From assembly GCA_951406725.2 (NCBI GenBank), contig OX597815.1:37448001-37512000 (forward strand): 64,000 nucleotides of DNA. The letters are read 5' to 3'. Below, piece after piece: positions 25,792-38,352 of the stretch. This DNA is from Octopus vulgaris. Taxonomy: Eukaryota. The translations under genes and the position numbers were made by a program. Under the pieces are notes generated by a model. The model saw only the letters and a list, made by a program, of their open reading frames with translations, was not told the origin of the DNA and did no database searches. Numbering within the stretch: position 1 is the stretch's first letter; every line of letters starts with the position of its first letter.

Positions 25792-27630
25792 GTTATTATG
25801 GATACCGAATACTATAAGGATTTGGTTGAAGACCAACTGAAGGATACAACCTTCTATTGTGAAATACCCGCAAATATAGACCACCACATCATGAAAAAGA
25901 TCAACAACCTGATTTCAACACACCACAACTCACTTACGGATAATGAAAAAGACTACATCACCAATTTTGAACCAAAACCCAGCAACTTCTACGGCTTACC
26001 AAAAATACACAAATCAAAAAACATTCAACAGGCAGTAAAAGAACAAGAAAGTGAGTACATAAAATTATTACATCCAAAAGACCTAAAACTTAGACCTATT
26101 ATAGCTGGTCCAGCATGCCCTACACACCGTCTAAGCAATTTTATTGACATTGTTTTGAAACCACTATGTACTTACATACCAAGTTTCATCAGGGATGACA
26201 TCGACTTCCTGTCCCATCTTCCCAAAACAACAGAAACAAATTCAGTTTTGCTAAGTTTTGATGTGGTAAGCCTCTACACCAATATTCCACACGATTTAGG
26301 AATAAAGGCGATTAAATACTGGTTAGAAAAACATAGAGAAGTGATTCCCAGCAGATTCACAGTGCCATTTATATTAGACACAGTCAAACTTATTCTAGAA
26401 AATAACACATTCTTCTTCAATGGAAAGAATTACATCCAAATTAGAGGCACGGCGATGGGAACGAGGTTTGCTCCCGTTTACGCCAACTCTGTAATGGGAT
26501 ACTTAGAAGAACAACTCTACCAAGAGGTGGAGGTAAACTATGGCACTGGATTTAGAAAGTATATTGAAAAGGCATGGAAGAGATACCTAGACGACTGTTT
26601 CATAATCTGGACAGAATCTCTAAATACTCTGGAAGAGTTCAATATCCTCCTGAACAACCTACACCCATCTCTCAAATTTACAAAGGAGATGAGTAGTACC
26701 AAATTACCATTCCTGGATATAATGGTAATTAAAAAAGACACCACCATCACCACAGATATATACTATAAACACACAGACACACATCAATACCTAAATTTTA
26801 AGTCGTGCCATCCACCACATACAAAACGTAACATCCCATACTGCCTAGCCAGAAGAATTTGTACTATTGTAGAAGATGCAAATATCAGGAACAAACGCCT
26901 AATAGAACTAAGAGAATTTTTGCACAAACAAAAATACCCATCTCTACTTATAGAAAATGGCATACAGCGGGCTATAAAAATACCTATACAACAACTTAGG
27001 ACAACCCAAGGAAGAGGAAAACAAGAACAAGTCATACCATTCATAGTGACACACAACCCATGTCACCAGAATATCTTCAACATTGCCAAAGCAAACCTAC
27101 CAATCATTGCCCAAAGTAATGAATTAAAAGACATAATCAAGGATCGAGCTATGGTGCTTAGTAAAAGACAGCCTAAAAACTTGAAAACATTACTAACAAA
27201 GGCAAAATTTGACCTCAGCAACAAAGACCAAACATTCACGGTATCTAAATGCAATGATAGCCGATGTGGCACATGCCAATTCATACATACCGGTCAATAT
27301 ATAAACACAAAAACCGGGAAAATATTCACAAACGCGAATATGAACTGCAAAAGCAGAAATTTAATTTACTGCATCAAATGCCCAAATTGTGAAGAAATAT
27401 ATGTAGGTCAGACGGGAAACGCACTATTAGAACGCTCACGTGTACACCGGCAACAGATTAGAGACCCAGAGGTCCGTCAGATACCTTTGAGTAACCACCT
27501 AGCAACATGTGGTCGGAAAATATATATAATATTTCCATTCTACAAATTACACAGCCCAAGTGAAATCGAGAGGAAAATCAGAGAAAAGAATTTTATTGAT
27601 AAATTCGAACCCAAGCTAAATAAGCAATAA
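25792..27630 (+). CDS. Penelope-like element ORF: reverse transcriptase + Cys-rich linker + GIY-YIG endonuclease (5'-truncated, Neptune-like)
   Basis: FYGLPKIHK, LRPII, SFDVVSLYTNIP, GTAMGT, RYLDD, PFLD, YYKHTDTHQYL, CNDSRCGTC and LIYCIKCPNCEEIYVGQTG. No stop over ~610 codons. It begins at VIMD, just after where the DKG motif would lie. First ATG at 25798. Confidence 0.95.
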   Translation, partial: VIMDTEYYKDLVEDQLKDTTFYCEIPANIDHHIMKKINNLISTHHNSLTDNEKDYITNFEPKPSNFYGLPKIHKSKNIQQAVKEQESEYIKLLHPKDLKLRPIIAGPACPTHRLSNFIDIVLKPLCTYIPSFIRDDIDFLSHLPKTTETNSVLLSFDVVSLYTNIPHDLGIKAIKYWLEKHREVIPSRFTVPFILDTVKLILENNTFFFNGKNYIQIRGTAMGTRFAPVYANSVMGYLEEQLYQEVEVNYGTGFRKYIEKAWKRYLDDCFIIWTESLNTLEEFNILLNNLHPSLKFTKEMSSTKLPFLDIMVIKKDTTITTDIYYKHTDTHQYLNFKSCHPPHTKRNIPYCLARRICTIVEDANIRNKRLIELREFLHKQKYPSLLIENGIQRAIKIPIQQLRTTQGRGKQEQVIPFIVTHNPCHQNIFNIAKANLPIIAQSNELKDIIKDRAMVLSKRQPKNLKTLLTKAKFDLSNKDQTFTVSKCNDSRCGTCQFIHTGQYINTKTGKIFTNANMNCKSRNLIYCIKCPNCEEIYVGQTGNALLERSRVHRQQIRDPEVRQIPLSNHLATCGRKIYIIFPFYKLHSPSEIERKIREKNFIDKFEPKLNKQ

Positions 27631-28315
27631 TAATAATACTTAGAGGTATTACTTCCACTGCTACGACCATGACCACTAACAACAACAACAATACTAAAGG
27701 TGATCAAGACGAAGATAGCAGGAAAATTATCTTATTTAGGGTTAAAAGTTCTATTGCCACCACCATCACCACTAGCAACAATAATTAAGGTGCTGACAAT
27801 GATGATGATGACAATTGAAATATAAAAATATAAAAATCTCTGACAAAGGATATTTACAACATTTCTAAAAATAACCCAACAATTGCTGCTTCGGCCAGGG
27901 TCAAGATACAGGACTCTTGACCTGTCCAACAAAGCTTGATGCCTAAACCAATCAGCTCAACCAACCAATCAGCTTAAGTAATTGAGTGATACTACACACT
28001 GATTGGTCAGAATACAGTTTGCAAAACCTAGCACTCTGGAGCCTACCCAGCTGTATTTATAGCACAGAATCACTCATCTTGCTACAGTCAAAAATTGTGA
28101 AGCATGACTGTCAACACTACTACATGAACCCGAAGATTGCAGAATTCAATGCATGAAAGTACTAGTTCAATCAGAATGAATATTTAACATTCTACTATTT
28201 CATTTTATTTTATTCAATTATAATATATTATCTTATAATATATCATTATAAGATTGTAAATAAAACGTGAAAATCAGACAAGGTTGGAATTCTTTTTATT
28301 AATATATTCTTCTAT
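27631..28315 (+). mobile_element. 3' UTR/pLTR of the Penelope-like element
   Basis: Follows the ORF stop, contains a hammerhead-like motif and ends in a (CA)n(TA)n tract. Confidence 0.75.
28125..28169 (+). ncRNA. Minimal hammerhead-like motif (C4 variant)
   Basis: TGAAC-CCGAAGA-T-TGCA gaattcaa TGCA-T-GAAA-GTAC-TA-GTTCA. Confidence 0.7.
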
Positions 28316-28396
<81 letters not shown>

Positions 28397-28397
28397 A

Positions 28398-28429
<32 letters not shown>

Positions 28430-28750
28430 GTGAGTGTGTGTATGTGTGTGTGTATGTGTGTGTAAATATAATATGTGACAATTATTCGGTTGCCATGAGT
28501 TTCGGATATCGGAGTGGAAATCCACGCCACCATCTCTTCATAATATCGAGGTCTCTTTCATTCTTTTGTTGTCTTACCATTTCTATCAACATATATATAT
28601 ATATATAAAATCGTGTGTTGAAACATATATTGTTGTATTTAGGAATGGTCATTTTGCCAGTTTAGCCAATAAAAACACACGCACTATATATTTGGTGTTA
28701 CTTTGCTTCAGCGTAATTAATTTCTAACATTAATCTTAATCTTATTTCGG

Positions 28751-28790
28751 CCAGAGTTCTTTCGTCACATTCCTGTGACCTCATCAGTGG
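28751..28790 (-). ncRNA. Hammerhead ribozyme motif
   Basis: Minus strand CCA-CTGATGA-G-GTCAC aggaat GTGAC-GAAA-GAAC-TC-TGG. Confidence 0.8.
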
Positions 28791-28982
28791 TTCTTTGCTT
28801 TCTTCTTTTTCATTTGTGTGTCTCTCCTTACTAACGATCAGCCATTTTGTATTACGTATTCCTATTGTATGTGTCTTCATTTACACATGCGTATACTTCT
28901 ATGTGTTTCTATGTTTAGTTAGTGTGTGTGTATGTATGTGTGTGAGGAGAGACACACAAATAAGAAAGAAGAAAGCAAAGGA

Positions 28983-29022
28983 CCACTGATGAGGTCACAG
29001 GAGTGTGACGAAAGATCTATGG
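28983..29022 (+). ncRNA. Hammerhead ribozyme motif
   Basis: CCA-CTGATGA-G-GTCAC aggagt GTGAC-GAAA-GATC-TA-TGG. Confidence 0.8.
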
Positions 29023-29597
29023 CCGAAATAAGATTAAGATTAACGTAAAAAGTGAATAACGCTGAAGCAAAGTAACACCAAATATATAGTGCGTGTGTTT
29101 TCATTGGCTAAACTGGCAAAATGACCATTCCTAAATACAACAATATATATATAAATATATAAAGAGAAATACGCCCCAAAATTATCGCAGTGCGACTGAA
29201 TCTTGCACTGATAGATTGCGAAGCAAACTTCTTAAATCATTTGGAGGGTTGCTTTCACATACTGTATCGCCGTTCACCCATCCATAAACTTTCGCACACA
29301 CGCGTTCTTTTCATTAACAAAATCCTCCATTTGTAATATTGTAATTAGACATATCGAGTGGGAACCCTTTGAACATTACACATTCTATAACGCACTGTAT
29401 TACACAGTTACATAATTTATTGAACGATCTACAACTTAAACTTTTACATTATCTATATATTCTGGAATTTCACTGCAGCAAAATGTGAAGAATATAGCAA
29501 AAATTAAACCTTCAACGCTTGGTTTTCTTGTAACAGCCACAGTATTTAATCAGATTTGAAAGATGCCGACCTTCCATAAGACTGAGTTCATGTCGAC

Positions 29598-29751
29598 AAG
29601 TTGGTAGTAAAGAATATCGCTTTGCAGCTATAAGGTTACGGATTCAGTCCTATTCTGTAGCACGTAAGGTAGGTGTCTTCTGCTATGGCCTCGGATCCAC
29701 CCAATGCTTTGTGACTGAATTTCATAGACAGAAACTGTGTGGAAACTTGTC

Positions 29752-29755
<4 letters not shown>
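29598..29755 (+). mobile_element. Old SINE family B 5' half
   Basis: ggattcagtcc...gtgtcttctgctatggcctcgg...gacagaaactg, running into a microsatellite. Confidence 0.65.
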
Positions 29756-29784
<29 letters not shown>

Positions 29785-29870
29785 TGTATGTATGTATGTA
29801 TGTATACATAAATGAATTCTTGAAATTTACAGAAATATATATCTTTATATGTATATAAATATATAAGTAT

Positions 29871-29901
<31 letters not shown>

Positions 29902-29915
29902 CATACATATATATA

Positions 29916-29988
<73 letters not shown>

Positions 29989-30169
29989 TGTGTCTGGAGA
30001 TAGCCATTCTCTTTAATGCCTTATTAATTTAACACACTCACCGGTCTGATATCTACTCATTTACTAATTTAAATAAATAGATAAAAAGATAAGTAGATGA
30101 GTGATAATCAGACCGATGAGTATTTTATATTAATGAGACACTAAAAGAGAATGTCTCTTGCCAGTCACA
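29989..30169. repeat. ~180 bp imperfect hairpin adjacent to (TA)n
   Basis: tgtgtctgg...cattctctttaatgccttattaat...actcaccggtctgat pairs with atcagaccgatgagt...attaatgagacactaaaagagaatg...ccagtcaca. Confidence 0.8.
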
Positions 30170-30296
30170 CTAACATATTCTTCAACACACGAATTCACAT
30201 AAGGAATCATGCAAACCAAATACAAAACGAAATATATATATATATATGTGTGTGTGTGTGTATGTTTGTGTGTCTGTGTTTGTCCCTTTGTTCTCT

Positions 30297-30361
<65 letters not shown>

Positions 30362-31264
30362 ATATGATATATAAATATATGCATATATACATACATATAT
30401 GAACATACCTACATGCCTATATATATGTATATATGTATATATACCTATACATATATATGTATATATGCATGCATATATGGGTACAGGACATCCAAAAAAC
30501 GTAGACGAAATGAGAAACGAGAACATAAAAAACAAAAACATACAAAACGAACTGTTTTCAAACAGCGAAAGAAACAAAGAAAACAGGGAAACGAGACAGG
30601 CGGCATAAAGAACATTCCCTTTATCCCGTGTTTTATCTAGTCCACGTTTCATAGGTAGGGACAGGTTGCGACTTCGTTATAACAGTCCTTCCCGCGAAGC
30701 AAATTAAATAAAATTTGGGCTTTTTGCGGAGGGTGAAAGTAGCAACAAAAACAGCACAGAGAACAAAACAGTAAAAACAAACGGTGAGGGCTGTTAAGTC
30801 TTGACGGTTTGAAGTGGTGAACGGTGGAAAAACGAGCTTTGACAAGAGGCAGGTGGAGCATGTGTTGTCTTTAGGAAGGATGTGGAAGAAAAAAGATCGA
30901 TGGCCGTTGGTCACGTGTGACAAACGAGAGAGTCAAAGAGGAAGAGTGAGAGACAGAGAGAGAGTGAGGGAACTGTGAAGGGGAGAGGAGAAGAATAGCG
31001 AAAGTGTGGGAGAGTAAAACAGAGAGGAAGAACAGGAGAGGGAGATAGATAGAGAGAATAGAGATAGAATAAGAGTGCGCATCGTAATTATTAAGACAAA
31101 ACTTACTTGGAAATGGATGCGGGTCACTTGATCATATAATAATATAAATAATATATAAATAGAAATATATATGTATGTATGTATGTATGTATGCATATGT
31201 ATATATACATATACATAAATATATATATATGTATATATACGTATATATATATGTATATATACGT

Positions 31265-31313
<49 letters not shown>

Positions 31314-31776
31314 TAGATAGATAGATAGATAGATATGTGTGTGTGTGTGTATGTATATATATACATACATATATATATATGTCCAAAGTAATCTTTCCAA
31401 AAATTGTTTCAACTGATATATATTCCTGACGGTTACCTTAGATCGGTTCTCGATGCCGGTTAGCCACAGCGAATGTTAATGATAATTTACTAGACACGGT
31501 TATTATCCTCACTGTGTAAATCCAGCAGTCATTTTATGGACTGCATAGCTTTTGTAGATAAAATAAGGAAATTAATGAAGATCATGAGAACGGAGATTTA
31601 CACATACATATTTTATTATACAGCTACTTACATCCTTCTTCGCTGAGACGTAAGCACATTTCGGCTGCAACCAACAATTAACATCAAGACAGACAACGGT
31701 TGCAGCCTAATCTTGCGTAGGTCCAAGCGAAGGACGATGTAAATAATTGTATATGATAAAAATTGCATGATAAAAT

Positions 31777-32647
31777 ATGTAAACTGAATGAGGGAAAATT
31801 TGAGCTGATGCATTTTGGAAGAAATTCCTCACTAAAACAACCATACTCTCTTCCTTCAGGGGAACCGCTCACAGCCTCTAACAATATCAGAGACCTGGGT
31901 GTAATTGTTGATGACGATCTCAGTTGGAGCGCACACATCAACAAGAAGGTCGATACAGCTCGTAGGATGAGTTCCTGGATCTTAAGAACTTTCCGGTCCA
32001 GAGAACAAGGTGTCATCATACCACTTTTTTCATCCTTTGTACGGCCACACCTTGAATACTGCTGCCCACTGTGGTCTCCTCACACAAGACAAAACATCTC
32101 CAGAATTGAGTCACCCCAGAGGGCTCTCACTAAACAAATTGAAGGCATGGCTGCTCTCGACTATTGGGATCGCCTTAAAGCCTTGAAACTTTACTCCCTC
32201 CAGCGTCGCCGTGAGCGGTACATCATTTGTACGATGTGGAAAATATACCGCCAACTTTGCCCAAACGACCTAAACATTAGCTTCAAGGTTCATCCGAGAC
32301 TTGGACCACGGGCTATACGTCCCCTGCCAAATTCAAGATCACAACATACATGTACACTGCAACATAATTTCTTTTCCTCAACAGGCCCTGCCCTATTTAA
32401 CATTGTCCCGAGGGAGATCAAAGAGGAAAAGGATCCCATCAACTTCAAACAGAGTCTGGATAGATTCCTTCAAAGAATACCAGACAAGCCACCCATAATT
32501 GGATACAACTCACCCAACAAGAACTCACTACTTGAACAAAACTTGACTTAAACAGGATTCGAATAATCCTATCAGGTGGTGCTATTAAGTTAGACATGGC
32601 CTGGACCAATCTCTGGTCGAAACATATCTAAGTTTTATCTAAGTTTT
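31777..32647 (+). mobile_element. 5'-truncated CR1-like LINE, open 3' part of ORF2 plus tail
   Basis: KLNEGKFELMHFG, RDLGVIVDDDLSW, FVRPHLEYCCPLWSPH and LYSLQRRRERY. Stop at 32551. Tandem tail atctaagtttt x2. Confidence 0.9.
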
Positions 32648-32716
32648 GTGTAAATTTTCGTTCTCCTAATCTTCATTAATTTCATATATATACGAGGTTA
32701 ACATAACCTCTAGCTG

Positions 32717-32827
<111 letters not shown>

Positions 32828-32889
32828 TTACGTGTGTACATGTGTGTGTGTTTGTTGTGTGTTTTGTGTGTATTTGTGTATATGTGTGT

Positions 32890-33086
32890 GTGTGTTTGTA
32901 CCACAACCGTTGATAAATAGGCATTGCTTTAATTACGTCCACTTACGCTTGCGGTTCGGCAGAAGACCAGAGATAGAATAGGCACTAGACTTTTAAAAAA
33001 ATGTGCTGGAGTGGATTTGTCCGCTTGAACTCTGCAAGGCTGTGCCCCATGACAGCCACTCTCTTATGACTGAAAGAAGTAAAATG
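32890..33086 (+). mobile_element. Old SINE family B 3' half
   Basis: gcggttcggcag...gatagaataggcact...atgactgaaagaagtaaaa. Confidence 0.65.
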
Positions 33087-33198
33087 TAGATGATGATAAC
33101 ACCCGAGATCACAGTCAAGGGGGAAAACTCCATTGACGAGCTGCGTCGTACACTCATTTTTCAACAACTCGTTGGTAGAAGAATTCTTGTTTCCTGCC

Positions 33199-33247
<49 letters not shown>

Positions 33248-33344
33248 GTGTCTGGTTGTTTGTCTGTCTGTGTCTCACTTTCTCTCTCTCACTGGCGCCT
33301 GGGTTTCATGATAGGGGATTTCACTTTTGAATCTCTTACGCCAC

Positions 33345-34457
33345 AAGCGTTTCTGCATATAGTATAAACAATATGCTCGAATGTGGCTATCTTGTGTTCC
33401 AGAATGTTCTTCCCTATGAACATATTCAATTTCTGTATTACTTTTCGGTACAATGTCTTGCATTATTCTTTTGGACTTACAGTCGACAAGTTGACCTTAC
33501 AGCGTCTGATCTCAAGAGCCTGTACAAATTCCTCGTTTAATATCAAATAACATGGATGTCCATGACGTTGTTTTGCTGGTTCTGGCTTTGTTTTTCCAAC
33601 ACCTTATATGCTGGAGAATGCATTGCTGCTCATTCAATAGAGTCCTTTCTCATCCCTTTTCCGACTTGCAGATCTTTATGCCGCATACAGTGGAGATTCT
33701 CCTTTCACAGTTACACGAGAATTCTATTTGTCCCGTGCTAATAGTCCGATGTGGATTCCTGGTCGTAAGGATTATTTTAGTACCAGGGATGATGTAGTCC
33801 TGGAGAACCCTAAAATGTTGGCTGCTCAAGACTGGAATGCCTTTTAACCGAGGTGACCTCGGTTAACCTTGAACTAAGCAACAAAAGGAAGTTAAACACA
33901 GTACTAAACACAGACAAGCAGTGATGTCTGTGTTTTATCTCTTTTACTCTTTTTCTCTTTTACTTGTTTCAGTCATTTGACTGAGGCCATGCTGGAGCAC
34001 CGCCTTTAGTAGAGCAAATCGACCCCGGGACTTATTCTTTGTAAGCCCAGTACTTATTCTATCGGTCTCTTTTGCCGAACCACTAAGTGACGGGGATGTA
34101 AACACACCAGCATCGGTTGTCAAGCAATGCTGGGGGGACAAACACAGACACACACACTTATATATATATACATATATACGACAGGCTTCTTTCAGTTTCC
34201 GTCTACCAAATCCACTCACAAGGCATTGGTCGGCCCGGGGCTATAGCAGAAGACACTTGGCCAAGATGCCACGCAGTGGAACTGAACCCGGAACCATGTG
34301 GTTGGTTAGCAAGCTACTTACCACACAACCACTCCTGCGCCTATCTGTGTACAAATGTACAGAACTAAGTAGGCATTTACTAAGACTACCCAATTTATCG
34401 AGGCAGGCTTCCTTGGAGCTTATTTGTTTTCAAGATTCATTAAAATTACTATCTGGT
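33345..34457 (-). mobile_element. Second copy of the HERO-like 5' region, split by a SINE
   Basis: Colinear with about 20030-20707 (cttacagcgtctg.tctcaagagcctgtacaaatt, gtaaggattattttagtaccagggat, tttatcgagg). Confidence 0.8.
33941..34342 (-). mobile_element. SINE family B, full length
   Basis: tRNA-like head ggcgcaggagtggttgtgtggtaag...gggttcagttcc, an internal (TA) microsatellite and a (TAAAAGAG)n tail. Confidence 0.92.
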
Positions 34458-35002
34458 CGTCCTCCTGCTTCCTGAGCTATCTCCCTCCCTCCCTCTCTAT
34501 CTCTCTTCCCTCCCTCTCTCTGTGTCTGTCTCCCCTACCCTGTCTCCGTGACCTCTACCTCTAACTCTGGTAACTCTACTTCATCGCTTGATTCTCTTCT
34601 CATTTTTCTGACTATGTCTTAGACACACGACACTTTGCCCAATCCTTATTCGCAAAAGTGCAATTTCTGCAATTTCCAAGTTGCTATTTAACCCCATTTC
34701 AGTTCAATCCTGATATAACTGATCTATTATGAAAAGCAACCCAGCCGTAGCCATACTGTATTCTTTAATGCGTCGTTGGCTTTTTAAAACCGCAGGATGT
34801 GGTTTGAGGGGGAGTTGGTTTCTATTTCTAACAGGTCAAGCATTCACGAAAAACCCTGTCTCATCTGCTCATGTTTTACTCTGCAGCCATCAAAATTACA
34901 ATATGAATCAACTACGTGGTTTTCACCTGGGTGTACAAACTGCTAGAATTAGCAAATCTCCATCAATTTTACAACCAATCTACATATGGTCACGACTGGA
35001 AC

Positions 35003-35003
35003 A

Positions 35004-35074
<71 letters not shown>

Positions 35075-35150
35075 AAAGAAGAAGAAGAAGAAGAAGAAGA
35101 AGAAGAAGAAGAAGAAGAAGAAGAAGAAGAAGAAGAAGAAGAAGAAGAAG

Positions 35151-35188
<38 letters not shown>
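35003..35188. repeat. Compound (AAT)n(AAG)n(AAC)n microsatellite
   Basis: Direct inspection. Confidence 0.95.
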
Positions 35189-35692
35189 AGTTGTCACTAT
35201 TTCTCATGAAGATCCCACCTCTCTCACCCATCAGCAAATAACATATTTTTCTGTTTTAGTAAATTGGAGGTCTGAGGTGTATCCAAGTACCTTATATTCT
35301 GTCGAATCCCCTTTTAGGTTTAAGTTGTTTCCCTTCTCAGTTGTTTGGTTGAGTTACACATTGTTCAGCATTGCTTACCTCCCCTATGCACAGTCCTGTC
35401 ACCTTAAGTACATTAACGCTTGTTTCTCTATTCAAAAACTTTCCATCTATTTACAAAACTTTTGAAGTTTGGAATGTTCTACAAAGGCCTTGGGGACTAC
35501 ATATCATACTCAAACTTAATTTGTAAAGGGAATTTATACTACGCATCTTTTGTGCATATTTCTCATTTTAAATAGGGACCTTGTTAAAACATATACTGAG
35601 GTTATTCAGCACTTTGTTAGTTAAGAGTACAACCGTCTGTGAGATTTGTGGTTCGGGTTCGAATATCTACAGCGAATTGTTTCCGTGCTCGC

Positions 35693-36161
35693 GAGAAGAG
35701 TTATCTGATGTTTCTCTACTGATCTTTCGCCTGAGGAGAGAGAAAGTGTGTAAAAGAAAGAGCTCAAATTTAATTACTAATAATGTAGACAGGTAGACAG
35801 AGACACAGATCACTCGTTCTGTTACTTTCTACAATGGGAAGGTTACAACTGTCACTAAAAGAGTGATATGGTCACGGTTATGGTCAAGATATGGTCACCG
35901 ATATGGTCAAGATAATTAAGATTCAGTTACTTGACAGTAACTGTTCGTAAGTCGTCAGGAGAAGAGTTACCTGATGTTTCTCTACTGATCTTTCGCCTGA
36001 AGATAGATAAAGTGTGTAAAAGAAATAGATCAAATTTAATTACTAATGATGTAGACCGATATTCAGGTAGACAGGTAGACAGAGACACAGATCACTCGTT
36101 CTGCTACTTTCTAAAATGGGAAGGTTACAAATGTCACTAGAAGAGTGATATGGTTATGGTT
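35693..36161 (+). repeat. ~190-200 bp direct repeat pair (35693-35879, 35959-36161)
   Basis: gagaagagtta.ctgatgtttctctactgatctttcgcctga...agagtgatatgg occurs twice. Confidence 0.9.
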
Positions 36162-36929
36162 CGTATACTTTCTACTATGTATAACTATTGGAGAGACTTG
36201 ACCTAGGGTTAAAGAGCAACAACAATAATACCAATTAAAATGGTAACCAAATTTTCAAATTTTTACCATCTGCTGACCAAGTGACAGAATTAACAATTTT
36301 GTTCTTGACGTCGATGCTAGAGAAAAAAAAGAAAATTTACAGCTAAAAACAAGACCGACAAAAAATTCTATACCATATCATAAACAGATGAAATAGTGAA
36401 ACTCTATATGGCTTCTCATTATACATTAATAGATACTTGAGAAGTTGAAGCAGGCGCGTAGATTGTCCAGCATTCAATAAACATAAATATTTATCTGAAG
36501 TAATTTCGCACTAAACAGGGGAAATTACTCTCAATTTGTATTTGTTAGTTATTTCCCTTGACATGAGTTCCAGTCACTGAGTCTGTTTTTTTTTTCACGT
36601 AGTTTCAGATATGTACAAATCAAATGATTAAGTCGTAATGGACCGCAGAGTGCACACATCACTTTACAACGTTACTGTCCACAGATACTAATGACATCAT
36701 TCTTCTTTTCTCTGCACTCGCCTGGTCTCTCCTTGTATATTGCCGGTTACTGCTCACTACGGCCTGTCTATGCATAACATATCCTTATAAGAATTGAATT
36801 GAAACACGCAAAAATGAAAAAAAATAAATAGAAAATTCAAAGAAAATGGACTGCAACTGAAAGGAAGCCGTATGACAGTACATGACTATTGTAATCCTCT
36901 CGAAAGACATCACCGCTAGCGCCACACTA

Positions 36930-38290
36930 CTTGTGTTGTATGAAGCTTGACACCCAACCACATCGTTCTGGATTCAGCCCCACTGCATGGCTCCTTCGGC
37001 AAGTGTCTTCTACCACAGCTTCGGGCCGATCAAAGCCCTGTGAGTTGATTTGGTAGACGGAAACTGAATGAAGACCGTGGGAAATATATTGGGTCATTCT
37101 ATAAATGCGGTTTTTAAATAATGTATGAACTAAAAGTCGGAGGGGGGACGGGATAAACTCCTTACATCAACTTGCTATAGAAGCAAGTAGTAATTCAACC
37201 TTGTACTTATTCTTAGTGCGAGTTTTGAAGAGTGCAGTTCGATTTTAAGAGTTACTTTTTCAAAGCTGTAATGGAAGTGACAAAGGAACATATTCGGCAT
37301 ATTTTGCTTTATAAGTTCAATAAAGGCAACAACGCAACGGAAAGTGCGAGCAATGTTAATGCAGCATATGGAGATTGGACAATAAGTGTAAACAAGTTTC
37401 AACGGGGGTTCCAGAAATTCCGAGTCGGAAACTACATCCTAAAAGACGAGCAGGCCTGTAAAGCTCGATGAGGACGTCTTAGAAGAACTAGCAGTGAGGC
37501 TTGAGTTTGGTCATTCATCGATACTTGCGTACCATCGGAAAAGTCAGCAAATTCGGTCAATGGGTTTCTCACAAACATTCCGAGTCTAATTGCGCACAGA
37601 GAGAGAATGTGTGCGCTTCTTTGCTGTCACGTTTAACGAATGAAGCTTTTTTGGACCGAAGAGTGACTGGTAACGAGAAATGGGTTCTCTATAAAAATGT
37701 CAAGCGCTGAAGACAGTAGGTAGGGAAACGATAAACACCGGTAAACCAGGCTAAAGAAGGTCTTCATCCACGTATGGTGTTGTTATCTGCTTGATGGCAT
37801 ATGAAAGGTTTAGTCGACTAAAACATTTTAAACCCAAACCAAACGATAAGAAAGGAGATCTACTGTGAGCAGCTTGAGAGGCTTAAGTTTCAAGACGAAA
37901 GGTGTTCTTCCAGGAGGATAATGCTCTGCCACATACAGCGAGGATGACACTCGAAAGGCTGGAGCAGTTTGAATGGGAAACGATGCTCCACCCACTGTAC
38001 TTGCCGGACATTGCCCTATTTGATTATCATTTATTCCGCAGTCTTCAAAATCACTGGGACGGAAAAAATATGAATTCTGTAGACGAGGTTAGAACAGCAC
38101 TCGAGGTGTATTTTTCGTCACGGACAAGTGGATTTTGGAAGAGCGGGCCTTGCAAGTCTACCATATAGACGGAGGTACAATGTAAAAAATGAAGGAGAGT
38201 ATATTTTAGATTAAAAATGAACCTTGTCTTAATTTTGAAAAATAAAATAAGTATAAGAAACCTCATTATTTATGGGATGACCCAATCCAT

Positions 38291-38352
<62 letters not shown>

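Larger units (their letters stand above)
28626..29150. mobile_element. ORF-less fold-back element (arms ~28626-28831 and ~28942-29150) flanked by (TA)n
   Basis: ~205-bp imperfect inverted arms, each containing a hammerhead motif. Confidence 0.9.

Noticed and set aside
28495-28550. Minus-strand ATGAAGA...GAT/ATC-CGAAACTC hammerhead-like remnant in a short TA-flanked segment
   Set aside because: Position 3 is mismatched and there is no helix I or cleavage site. It is possibly a decayed copy but is not supportable.
30636-30690. Minus-strand TAACGA...GAAACGTG as a hammerhead
   Set aside because: The core and stem II are too degenerate.
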